DNA of 33,489 bases from positions 275,676 through 309,164 of the forward strand of contig NC_057718.1 of assembly GCF_004010195.1 (NCBI RefSeq). The letters are read 5' to 3'. This stretch comes from Chiloscyllium plagiosum. Its lineage: Eukaryota. Positions 23,141 through 33,489 of this stretch are shown here, in pieces. The position numbers and the translations under genes are program-made. The notes under the pieces are model-generated. The model made no database searches and had not been told where the DNA came from. It saw only the letters and a list, made by a program, of their open reading frames with translations. Numbering within the stretch: position 1 is the first letter of the stretch; each line of letters begins with the position of its first letter.

Positions 23141-23574
23141 AATTATGGTGAAAGTTAGGATGATGGTAAATATTGGATGAGCATTTGGTTCTACAGCATT
23201 GTAATTGGGGAATGTGCCAGTAGGGTCTTTGAACCACTGGGATGAATCTTACAACAATTTGTCTTTCTTTCATTTTCATTGAGTTTGATAGAGGGAATGT
23301 CTGTATGAGAATGAGGCCGTACAAGTTTCCGGGTCCTCTCTTATCAAACTCACTTCATTAACTAACTGCGCCAGACTCTGGCATCCTTCTTATTAAATGC
23401 CAGCCAGATTCTCCTACCTATCATAGCTGAATGTACTCACCATTGACCGGATGCCACTGGATAATCTGTGATCCCTAATGCAGGTGCCATCTTTAAAAGG
23501 CCAATGGGTATATAGTTGGGATTTCTCATTTCATAGCTGCCCTGCACGGTTTATCCAAAGTATAGCAGATAAGG

Positions 23575-24127
23575 TAAAAACAATGGCTGCAGATGCTGGA
23601 AACCAGATTCTGGATCAGTGGTGCTGGAAGAGCACAGCAATTCAGGCAGCATCCGACGAGCAGCAAAATCGACGTTTCGGGCAAAAGCCCTTCATCAGGA
23701 ATAAAGGCAGAGAGCCTGAAGCGTGGAGAGATAAGCTAGAGGAGGGTGGGTGTGGGGAGAAGCAGGTCGGACAAGTCCGGACAGGTTAAGGGGACAGTGC
23801 GGGCTGGAAGTTTGAAACTAGAATGAGGTGGGGGAAGGGGAATTGTAGGGGGGCATGGACCTGACCAGGTAGTCACAGAGGGAACGGTCTTTGTGGAAGG
23901 CGGAAAGGGGTGGGGAGGGAAATATCTCCCTGGTGGTGGGGTCTGTTTGGAGGTGGCGGAAATGTTGGACGATGATTTGGTTTATGCGAAGGTTTGTAGG
24001 GTGGAAGGTGAGCACCAGGGGCGTTCTGTCCTTGTTACGGTTGGAGGGGTGGGGTCTGAGGGCGGAGGTGCGGGATGTGGACGAGATGCATTGGGGGGCA
24101 TCTTTAACCACGTGGGAAGGGAAGGGA
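23575..24127 (-). mobile_element. Penelope-like element (linker and pLTR, GIY-YIG deleted) with 13-bp target-site duplication
   Basis: NKDRTPLVLTFHPTNLRINQII...PPLSAFHKDRSL; pLTR about 23575-23830; flanked by atagcagataagg at 23562-23574 and 24128-24140. Confidence 0.9.
23671..23698 (-). ncRNA. Minimal hammerhead ribozyme core in a Penelope pLTR
   Basis: Minus strand CUGAUGA-a-GGGC-uuuu-GCCC-GAAAC-GUC. Confidence 0.65.
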
Positions 24128-24350
24128 ATAGCAGATAAGGGGCAATCACACCACAATTTGTCGACAAGGAAAAGGAGGTCTTGGTGGTTGGAGCATTGCA
24201 GTGGAGCACAATTATCTTCCCAGTGCAGGCCACACTACCAGACCTACTGACCATGGTCTGAGCTCACCACCCAGCACAGCGCAGTATCTGTGGTCTGAAT
24301 AAATGTCCAGCAATACAGCATCAATAAACTTCCCCACTCTGCCCGGATAA
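24128..24350 (+). mobile_element. Decayed Myb/SANT-like DNA-binding ORF of a Harbinger transposon
   Basis: TPQFVDKEKEVLVVGALQWSTIIFP [frameshift] RPHYQTY*PWSELTTQHSAVSVV*INVQQYSINKLPHSAR resembles the trihelix pattern PxFxxxELExL...LF...W..(I/V)...VSA.S...R...Q...K..DL. Confidence 0.55.
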
Positions 24351-24596
24351 GTGCCATCATATTCTCTCTGCCCCCACACTCACTGTATAGCCCCAATTCC
24401 AAACAAGGCTCATGCTCCATCTCTTTCAGTACTACATGCAACACCTTCCCTCCTCCTCTCATGCCTCCGGATTATCCCCATACAGTCCTAAAATGTTCTG
24501 GAGAATGCTATTTCTAGAATTTTCTGGTTGATAGCAGTACAGAATGTTCTAGATACTGTTCTAAACAATTCCCAGGTTCAGGAAAATGTACTCTAT

Positions 24597-24745
24597 TCTA
24601 CTTTCTCCCCACCCCCACCCTCCTCTAGCTTATCTCTCCACGCTTCAGGCTCTCTGCCTTTATTCCTGATGAAGGGCTTTTACCCGAAACGTCAATTTTA
24701 CTGCTCCTCGGATGCTGCCTGAACTGCTGTGCTCTTCCAGCACCA
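24597..24745 (+). mobile_element. Penelope pLTR fragment; hammerhead core at 24666-24693
   Basis: Near reverse complement of about 23616-23760; ctgatgaagggcttttacccgaaacgtc. Confidence 0.88.
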
Positions 24746-25107
24746 AAATGAGGTCAATGTCAGTTCCCCAGTGCATAATACATAATGGAAAGGAATTGAG
24801 TTGTATTTTTTTAAATCACATGATTGAAGTGCATCATGAGGTCATTTATTCCTTCAAACCCGCTCCATCATTCAGTAAGATCAGAGTTGATTTGATGGTG
24901 TCCTGAGCTCAATGCGATAGTAACTTTCAGTTGTTTACCGCCCTGGGATCCTGTCACTGACCAGACAAAATTCGGACACTTTTTTACACCAGTTTCAATC
25001 AAGCATGTGCTCAGGAGCCATTTCCCATGAGGACAGACCAGCCAAACAATATATTACATCTTTACACAGAGCTATCGAAAATAGACGCCTATTTTATGTC
25101 TTCGAAG

Positions 25108-25214
25108 AGAAAGTGAGGACTGCAGATGCTGGAGATCAGAGCTGAAAATGTGTTGCTGGAAAAGTGCAGCAGGTCAGGCAGCATCCAAGGAGCAGGAGAA
25201 TTCCCTTCAGGAAT
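25108..25214 (-). mobile_element. Penelope pLTR fragment with the hammerhead core deleted
   Basis: Reverse complement of about 21392-21483, followed by ggagaattcccttcaggaat. Confidence 0.85.
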
Positions 25215-25795
25215 CTCCACTTTCATGCAAACTCCTGTATTCCCCAACTCGCAGATTTGTCAACACTCTATCCACTTCATCTGTAAATACTTTCAATGAT
25301 TTAGTTTCTACAACTCTCTGGCTGAGGGAAGTTTGAGATACTCACTAACTTCTGACAGAAGGAATTTGTTTGCATATCAGTTTTAAAACAAAATCCCTTC
25401 TTTGGTAACTATGTCCCTGAGTTTGAGACTCCACCCAGTAGAGGAAAAACCTTATCAACATCTATCTCATTAAGCCCCCCTCTGCATCTTGTAATTTTCA
25501 ATAATATAACCATTCATTCATTTCAACTGCAATGAATAAACACCGAAATATTTTAACTTTTTGAAACATCAACAGCTTAGGAAGGAGCCTAACGAATCAG
25601 CCTAGTTATTTGTTGCACCAGCAGGCCAGCATTATGTTTCGTACACTGAAACACTCCAATACCTTTGTACTGCACTTTCTCTTTCACGTCCGAAAGTAAC
25701 AGCCTGCCTTTTGGTTCTGAGTGCCAAGGTATATGATCTCATGCTTTTCTCCTTACAACAATCTCCATCTGCCAATTATTTGCCCACTCACTGAC
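25215..25795 (-). mobile_element. Old CR1 remnant, paralogous to about 6850-7445
   Basis: Colinear with 6850-7445, e.g. taacagcctgccttttgg and atgatctcatgcttttctc. Confidence 0.75.
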
Positions 25796-25796
25796 A

Positions 25797-28435
25797 TTAG
25801 ACCATCAGATCTTAAGACATAGGAGTGGAAGTAAGGCCATTCGGCCCATCAAGTCCACTCCACCATTCAATCATGGCTGATGGGTATTTCAACACCACTT
25901 ACCCGTACTCTCCCTGTAGCCCTTAATTCCTTGCAAGATTAAGAATTTATCAATCTCTGCCTTGAAGATATTTAATGTCCTAAGCCCCACTGCGCTCCGT
26001 GGCAATGAATTCCACAGGCCCATCACTCTCTGGCTGAAGAAATGTCTCCCTCATTTCTGTTCTAAATTGACCCCCTCTAATTCTAAGGCTGTGCCCACGG
26101 GTCCTAGTATCCCCGTCTAACACAAACAAATTCCCAGCATCCACCCTTTACAAGCCATGCATTATCTTAGAAGTTTCTATTAGATCTCCCCTCAACCTTC
26201 TAAACTCTAATGAATACAATCCCAGTATCCTCAGCCGTTCCTCATATGTTAGGCCTACCATTCCAGGGATCATCCGTGTGAATCTCCACTGGACACGCTT
26301 CAGAGCCAGTATGTCCTTCCTGAGGTGTGGGGACCAAAACTGGACACAGTACTCCAAATGGGGCCTAACTAGAGCTTCATAAAGTCTCAGTAGCACATCG
26401 CTGCTTTTATATTCCAATCCTCTTGAGATAAATGACAACATTACATTTGCTTTTTTAACCACGGACTCAACCTGCAAGTCAACCTTTAGAGAATCATGGA
26501 CTAGCACTCCCAGACCCCTTTGTACTTTGGCTTTAAGAATGTTCTCACCGTTTAGAAAATAGTCCGTCCCTGTATTCTTTTTTCCAAAGTGCAAGACCTC
26601 GCATTTCTTGTCACCGGCTGCCATTCCGAAAAAGAACCTTTTATCCCAACTCTCTGCCTTCTGTCAGACAGCCAATACCCAATCCATGCCAGTAGCTCAC
26701 CTCGAACACTATGGGCCCTCACCTTACTCAGCAGCCTCCCGTGAGGCACCTTGTCAAAGGCCTTTTGGAAATCTAGATAGATAACATCCACTGGATTTCC
26801 CTGGTCTAACCTACTTGTTACCTCTTCAAAGAATTCTGACAGGTTTGTCGGGCATGACCTTCCCTTACTAAATCCATTCTGACTTGTTTGAATCTGAACC
26901 TGCACTTCAAGAATTTAGAAATCTCATCCTTAACGATGGATTCTAAAATTTTACCTGCAACTGAGGTTAGGCTAATCAGCCTATAATTTTCCATCTTTTG
27001 TCTTGATCCTTTCTTGAACAAGGGGGTTACAAGGGGGTTACAACAGCGATTTTCCAATCATCTCCAGTGATTTTTGAAAGATTACAACCAACACCTCTCC
27101 TATTTCTTCAGCCACCTCCCTCAGAACTCTAGGGTGTAGTCCATCAGGGCCAGGAGATTTATCAATTTTTAGACCTTTTAGTTTTTCTAGCACTTTCTCT
27201 TTGTAATTGCTACCATACTCAACTCTGCCCCTTGACTCTCCTTAATTATTGTGATATTACTCATGTCTTCCACTGTGGAGACTGACACAAAGTACTTATT
27301 ATGTTCTTCAGCTATTTCCTTATCTCCCAGCACTAGCCTTCCAACATCAATCTGGAGCAGCTCAATGTCTACTTTTGTCTCTCGTTTGTTCCTTTTGAAA
27401 GAAACTTTTACTATTATTTCTAATATTACTGGTTAGCTTGCCTTCATATTTGATCCTCTCCTTCCTTATTTCTCTTTTTGTTATCCTCTGTTTGTTTCTG
27501 TAATCTTCCCAATCTTCTGATTTCCCAGTGCTCTTGGCCACTTTATAGGCTCTCTCTTTCACTGTGATACATTTCCTGACTTCCTTTGTCAACCATGGCT
27601 GTCAAGTCCCTGCCCACCAACACCGCACCCCCCCCAGCCCCCCACACCCGCATAATCTTTATTTTCTTTGGGATGAACCACTGTACTAACTCCTCAATTA
27701 CACCCAGAAACTGCTGCCATTTTTGCTCTACTGACTTCCCCACGAGGCTTTGCTTCCAGTCGATTTTCGTGAGTTCCTCTCTCATACCCTCATAATTACC
27801 TTTATTTAACTGTAACACCATTCCATCCAATTTTGCCTTCTCTCTTTCAAACTGCAGACTGAACTCGACCATATTATGATCACTGTCTCCTAAGTGTTCC
27901 CTAACTTTAAGATCTTTTATAAAGTCTGGCTCATTACATAGCACTAAGTCCAGAATAGCCTGCTCCCTTGTGGGCTCCATCACGAACTGTTCCAAAAAGC
28001 CATCCTGTACGCATTCCATGAATCCCCTTTCTTTGGATCAACCGGCAACATTATTCACCCAATCCATTTGCATATTGAAGTCCCCCATGATCACCGTGAC
28101 CTTGTCTTTCTGACATGTGCTACCTATTTCCTGGTGCATCTTGCGCCCCGGGTCCTGGCCACTGCTGTGAGGGTTGTACATAACTCTCATTATGGTTTTT
28201 TTGCCTTTGTGGTTTCTCAACTCCACCCACACGGACTCCATATCATCTGACCCTATGTCATTCAGTGCCATCGGTTTAATTTCATTCCTAACTAACAAGG
28301 CAATCCCACCCCCTCCTGCTCATCTCCCTGTCTTTTTGATAAGTTGTGAATCCTTGAATGTTTAACTGCCAATCCTGAACCCCCTGCAACCACCTCTCTG
28401 TGATGCCTACCACATCGTAAACATTCACGATGATT
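25797..28435 (-). mobile_element. CR1 LINE ORF2 (endonuclease and RT) with an internal RT deletion
   Basis: YDVVGITERWLQ, IMGDFN, PTREQAILDLVL, LGDSDHNMVEF, IYLDFQKAFDKVPH and RPHLEYCVQFWSP. At about 26610 it jumps from WQPVT to KCEVLHFG, so the PQG/FADD segment is missing. Confidence 0.92.
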
Positions 28436-28444
28436 TCATCTACT

Positions 28445-29330
28445 TCATCCACATTACCTATATTACCTTCCAGATTCATTACATCCTTCTTGCAACATAC
28501 CCTCCCATGTATGTTTGTGTCATCCATAAACTCAGATATATATCTTGAACTCAGTCCCCCCATTCAAGCCACCAGTGTGGATCATAAACAACTGATGCCA
28601 TAGGACTGGTATTTGTGGTACTCCAGTTGAACTATCTTTGTAACCTTTTAAAGACCCATTAATTCTGACCCTCCACCTTCTTTATGCTAATACATTATCC
28701 ATCATTCTGTGAATCTTCTTTTGTAAGGACCTCTTATTTTGTGATAGCCTATATTCATACAATGTGTGTATATGTACATATATATTTACACCTCTAGAAA
28801 GTCAAACGCATTACCTACCACTTCCTCTTTACTAAGTCTGGTTTTTTCTGTTCCGAGGAATCTCCAGAAAAATCTTTTCATGACTTTACAGGGGCAATAC
28901 ATAATTTCCATTTCCCAGAATCGTGTTGAGTCTGATCGCTTTAAGAATTTCAAAATAATCTGCAATTACTTTCTTAACCCAAACAGATTCCCAGCAGTAA
29001 GGTTAAATGGCCTATAGGTTCCTACTTTATGTCTTGTTCTCTTCTTGAAGACAGATGCCAAATTGAAGGTTCTCCAGTTAAACTGGAATAAGTTTAGGAA
29101 TATTTTAAACAATGCCGCCAGTCATTCTGCAACCACTTCTTTTATCAGTTGCTGCTGACTTGTCCACACTTAGACTTATGTTTATGTCAAAAACCTTATT
29201 CCTTTTGTTAGAGGCAGTTCGAGAACTTTCTTCCTATCAACATCTTTCTCATATCATTGGAAGCATCTCATTCCTGGCCGACAATAGCTCTCGCCAATTT
29301 TAATTCTTTAGTTTGTATTTGAAAACTCTC
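28445..29330 (-). mobile_element. Old CR1 remnant, paralogous to about 7445-8460
   Basis: Colinear with 7445-7710 and 7925-8460, e.g. caaaaccttattccttttgttagaggcagttc versus caaaaccttcttccttttgttagagacagttc. Confidence 0.75.
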
Positions 29331-29339
29331 CTCGACAGA

Positions 29340-32187
29340 CTTTAACGCAAGGAGTGTCAGAAATAAGAGTGACGAACTTAGAGCATGGATCAGTACTTGG
29401 GACTATGATGTTGTGGCCATAACGGATACGTGGGTTTCACAGGGGCAGGAATGGTTGCTAGATGTTCCAGGGTTTAGAACGTTTCGAAAGAACAGGGAGG
29501 GGGGAAAAAGTGGAGGGGGTGTAGCATTGCTAATTAGAGAGTGCATCACAGCTACAGAAAGGAAGGTTGTTGAGGAAGGTTTATCTACTGAGTCAGTATA
29601 GGTGGGAGTTAGGAACAGCAGAGGAGCAGCCACCTCATTGGGGGCTTTCTACAGACTCTCTAAAAGCAATAGGGTGATTGAAGAGCACATAGGCTGGCAG
29701 ATTTTGGAAAAATGCAGATGTGCAGGGTTATTGTTATTGCTGACTTCAACCTTCCCAATAATGACTGGAACCTCCTTAGTGCAGATGGTTTGGATGGAGC
29801 CGTTTTTGTCAGGTGTGTTCAGGAGGGTTTCCTTACTCCGTATGTAGACAGGCCGAAAAGGGGAGAGGCCATTTTGGATTTGGTCCTCGGCAATGAGCCA
29901 GGACAGATGTCGGGTCACGTGGTGGGAGAACACTTTGGTGACAGTGATCACAACTGCCTCACATTTACCATAGCCTTGGAGAGTGAAGGTGCAGTTACCG
30001 AGGGAAGGTATTTAATTGGGGAAAAGAAAATTATGACACTATCAGACAGGAGTTGGGAAGTACAGACTGGGAACAATTGTTCCACAGAAAGGGCACAACA
30101 GACATGTGGAAACTATTTAAGGAGCAGTTGTTGCGAGTGATGCACGATTTTGTTCCTCTGAGACAGGTGAGAAGGGGTAAGATTAAGGAACCTTGGATGA
30201 TGAGAACAGAGGAGCTTCTCGTCAAAAGGAAGAAGGCAGCTTACGTAAGGTGGAGGAAGAAGGATCTAGCACAGCTTTAGAGGATTACAGGCTTACTAAA
30301 AAGGAGCTCAGAAATGGACTGAGGAGAGCCAGAAGGGGGCACGAGAAAGGCTTGGCAGGAAGGATTAGGAAGAACCCAAAGGCATTTTACTCATACGTGA
30401 GGAATAAGAGAATGATCAGGGAGAAGGTAGGGCTGATCAGGGATAGCGGAGGGAACTTGTGCGTGGAGTCTGAGCAGATAGGGGAAGCCCTAAATGAGGT
30501 TTTTTACTTCGGTTTTCACCAAGGAAAGGGACCTTGTTGTGAATGAGAACTTTGAGGAGCTGGGATACAGGCTTGAACAGATCGAGATTGATGTAATTGA
30601 TGTGCTGGAAATTTTGGAAAACATTAAGATTGATAAGCCCCCAGGGCCAGACCTGATTTATCCCAGGCTGCTCCGGGAAGCGAGAAAGGAGGTTGCTAAG
30701 CCGCTGGCGAGGTTATTTGCCTCCTCACTCTCAATGGGAGGCATACTGGAGGATTGGAAGGAGGTGAATGTTGTTCCTCTTTTCAGGAAGGGTAATAGGG
30801 AAATCCCTGGCAATTACAGACCAGTCAGTCTTACTTCTGTGGTCAGCAAAGTTTTGGAAAGAATTCTGAGGGATAGGATTGATGACTATTTGGCAAAGCA
30901 TGGTGTGATTAAAGGCAGTCAGCATGGCTTTGTGAGGGGCAGGTCATGCCTCACAAATCTTATTGGGTTCTTTGAGGAGGTGACAAGACAGGTCGAGAAG
31001 TGGATGTGGTGTATTTGGACTTCAGCAAGGCATTTGATAGGGTTCCCCACGGTAGGCTCATTCATAAAGTCAGGAGGCATGGGATACAGGGAGATTTGGC
31101 TATCTGGATTCAGAATTGGCTGGCTGACAGAAGGCAGAGAGAGGTTGCAGATGGAAAGTATTCTGTCTGGAGGTCAGTGTTGAGTGGGGTACCACAGGGC
31201 TCTGCTCTTGGGCCTCTGCTCTTTGTAGATTTTATAAATGACTTGGATGAGGAGGTTGAAGGGTGGGTTAGTAAATTTGCCAATGACACAAAGGTTGGGG
31301 GTGTCGTCGATAGTTCAGAGGGCTACTGCAGGCTGCAGCACAACATAGACAGGATCCAGAGCTGGACTGAGAAATGGCAGATGGTATTCAACCTGGATAA
31401 ATGCGAAGTGATGCATTTTGGAAGGTCAAACTCAAATGCTGAATATAGGATTAAAGACAGGATTCTTGGCAGTATGGAGGAACAGAGGGATCTGGGTGTG
31501 CAAGTACATAGATCCCTCAAAGTTGCCACCCAAGTGGATAGGGTTGTTAAGAAAGCATATGGTGTTTTAGCTTTCATTAACAGGGGGATCGAGTTTAAGA
31601 GCCGCGAGGTTTTACTGCAGCTCTACTAGTCCCTGGTGAGACCACACTTGGAATATTGTGTCCAGTTCTGGTCGCCCTACTACAGGAAAAATACAGAAGC
31701 TTTGGAGAGGGTGCAAAGGAGGTTTACCAGGATGCTGCCTGGACTGGAGGGCTTGCCTTCTGAAGAAAGGTTGACTAAACTCGGACTTTTCTCTCTGGAG
31801 AGAAGGAGGAAGAGAGGTGACCTCATCAAGGTATACAAGATAATTAGAGACATGGATAGAGTCAATAGCCAGAGACTTTTCCCCAGGGCAATATTGACTG
31901 GTACGAGAAGTCATAGTTTGAAGATATTAGGAGGAAGGTATAAAGGAGACGTCAGAGGTAGGTGCTTTACACAGAGAGTTGTGAATGCATGGAATGCGTT
32001 ACCAGCGGTGGTGGTGGAAGCAGAGTCATTGGGGACATTTAAGCAACTGCTGGACATGCACATGGGTAGCAGTGAGTTGAGAGGTGTGTACGTGAAGTTA
32101 CTATATTTTACATTAGGATTAAATCTCGGCACAACATGGTGGGCCTAAGGGCCTGTTCTGTGCTGTACGTTTCTATGTTCTATGTTC
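29340..32187 (+). mobile_element. CR1 (HER1-like) LINE with near-complete ORF2 (APE endonuclease and RT) and 3' tail, frameshifted
   Basis: FNARSVRNK..YDVVAITDTW, DFNLP, GDSDHN, NYRPVSLTS, YLDFSKAFDRVPH, GVPQGSALGP, KFANDTK and RPHLEYCVQFW; stop at 31627-31629; tail ttctatgttctatgttc. Confidence 0.95.
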
Positions 32188-32209
32188 CCTTCAGACTGCC
32201 CAGAGAGTT

Positions 32210-32940
32210 CTAGGCCATTCAAACAATTAAGCCTTTCTTGTTCATGGCTGGACATCTCCTCAATGCACTTTTCCCACAAAATGTACATATTCCTTAATGT
32301 GATTAACCATCGAAAAAATACAAAATATTAAATGCAATAGTCCCTTCAGTCAATCGATTTTGCACCCCCATTCAGTATAATGATGGCTAATCCTCTATCT
32401 CCAGAGCATACTCCTGCTCTATCTCCATCCATTTAGTGTCTGGAAATCATTATTTATATTCAGTGTTTTGTTTTCCATAGCCTTATGTGATAGAGAATTC
32501 CCCAGGCTCCCCAGTCTTACTCTAATCTCAGTGAAGAATTGCCTGCTTGTATCTAATACTGGGGTGTGTACTTTTAGACAAGACAGCCAGGGGAATTTTC
32601 ATCCCTGCTTCCACTCTCATCCTGTCAGAGTTTTATATTTGCCACGAGATCTCCATTCATTTTCCTAAACCTTCTGGAAAAGGTTAACACAAAGGTCAAC
32701 ACAAAGCCTACTTCACAACAAGCTTGTCATCCCAGAGATCAGTCTGGTCATCCTTTGCTGCACTCCCTCAATGTCAGGTTTGACCTTCATTAGACAAGGA
32801 GACCAAAACTGTACAAAGTACAAGACGATGTTCGAGATGAGGTCTCTTTAAGCCTTGTGCAGCCGCTGTAAGATATTCTTACTCCTGTACTCAAATCTTT
32901 TTGAAATGAAGGTCAACTCACCATTCAACTTCCTGACAAG
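32210..32940 (-). mobile_element. Old CR1 3' region, paralogous to about 8795-9275
   Basis: Colinear, e.g. gagatcagtctggtcatcctt...tcaggttt and cttactcctgtac...gaaggtcaactcaccatt. Confidence 0.72.
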
Positions 32941-32961
32941 AAAGGCTTAATTGTTTGAATA

Positions 32962-33175
32962 GATTAGTGGTGCTGGAGGAGCACAGCAATTCAGGCAGCA
33001 TCCGACGAGCAGCAAAATCGACGTTTCGGGCAAAAGCCCTTCATCAGGAATAAAGGCAGTGAGCCTGGAGCGTGGAGAGGTAAGATAGAGGAGGGTGGGG
33101 GTGGGAAGAAAGTAGCAGAGAGTACAATGGGTGAGTGGGGGATGGGATGAAGGTGATAGGTCAGGGAGGAGAGGG
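32962..33175 (-). mobile_element. Inverted Penelope pLTR; hammerhead core at 33020-33047
   Basis: Same family as the 23616-23760 segment; minus strand ctgatgaagggcttttgcccgaaacgtc. Confidence 0.9.
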
Positions 33176-33489
33176 TCCACCCACCTCCATAACCAGCGCT
33201 CCTCAAACATTCCAGAAGAGTCCCCAGGCCTCAGAACCTATTCCGCCATTAGCCATGCAGCTGATGCAGCTGCCACCCCCACGCTGATTGATGATGTCAC
33301 TTCCGCCCACATCATGGCCACTCCCACAAGCACTTCCACCCCTCACAATTCCTCAAGCATCACACGTGACATCACTTCCGCCCTTCACATCATCGCTGAT
33401 GCCACATGCTCAGTGACTTCCGCCACCCCTACTGCCGTTGTCACCACCACTTCCGCCCCCACCAGCGCCACTCACCTGCATTCTGCTGA
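33176..33489 (+). mobile_element. Open Thr/Ser/Ala/Pro-rich frame abutting the inverted pLTR; probably the low-complexity N-terminal part of a Penelope ORF continuing beyond the window
   Basis: STHLHNQRSSNIPEESPGLRTYSAISHAADAAATPTLIDDVTSAHIMATPTSTSTPH...TSAPTSATHLHSA with no stop. An inverted pLTR joined to a truncated body is a typical PLE arrangement. Confidence 0.6.

Overview
This is eukaryotic, repeat-dense vertebrate DNA. HE1-type V-SINEs, HER1/CR1 LINEs and the Penelope families point to a cartilaginous fish, probably a shark (inference). The one host gene is a two-exon, minus-strand class A GPCR of the GPR139/GPR142-like type. Exon 1 lies at about 19714-20054 with a perfect GTAAGT donor, followed by a 16.2-kb phase-1 intron and exon 2 at 2651-3558. 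It looks pseudogenised: exon 2 has an in-frame TAG, and the exon 1 N-terminus, built from 21-bp/7-aa repeats, has two stops and two frameshifts. The rest is layered transposon debris: CR1 LINEs of several ages, Rex1/Babar, tRNA-derived SINEs, Penelope-like elements (PLEs) whose terminal repeats carry hammerhead-ribozyme cores, and decayed PIF/Harbinger transposase and Myb/SANT ORFs. Less obvious structure includes an old segmental duplication (about 6.8-9.3 kb versus 24.8-32.9 kb), a near-identical inverted 209-bp Rex1 copy, a decayed 42-bp minisatellite related to the CR1 3' end, and a heat-shock-element cluster. Family assignments come from motif recognition by eye, with no database search, and boundaries of old repeats are approximate.
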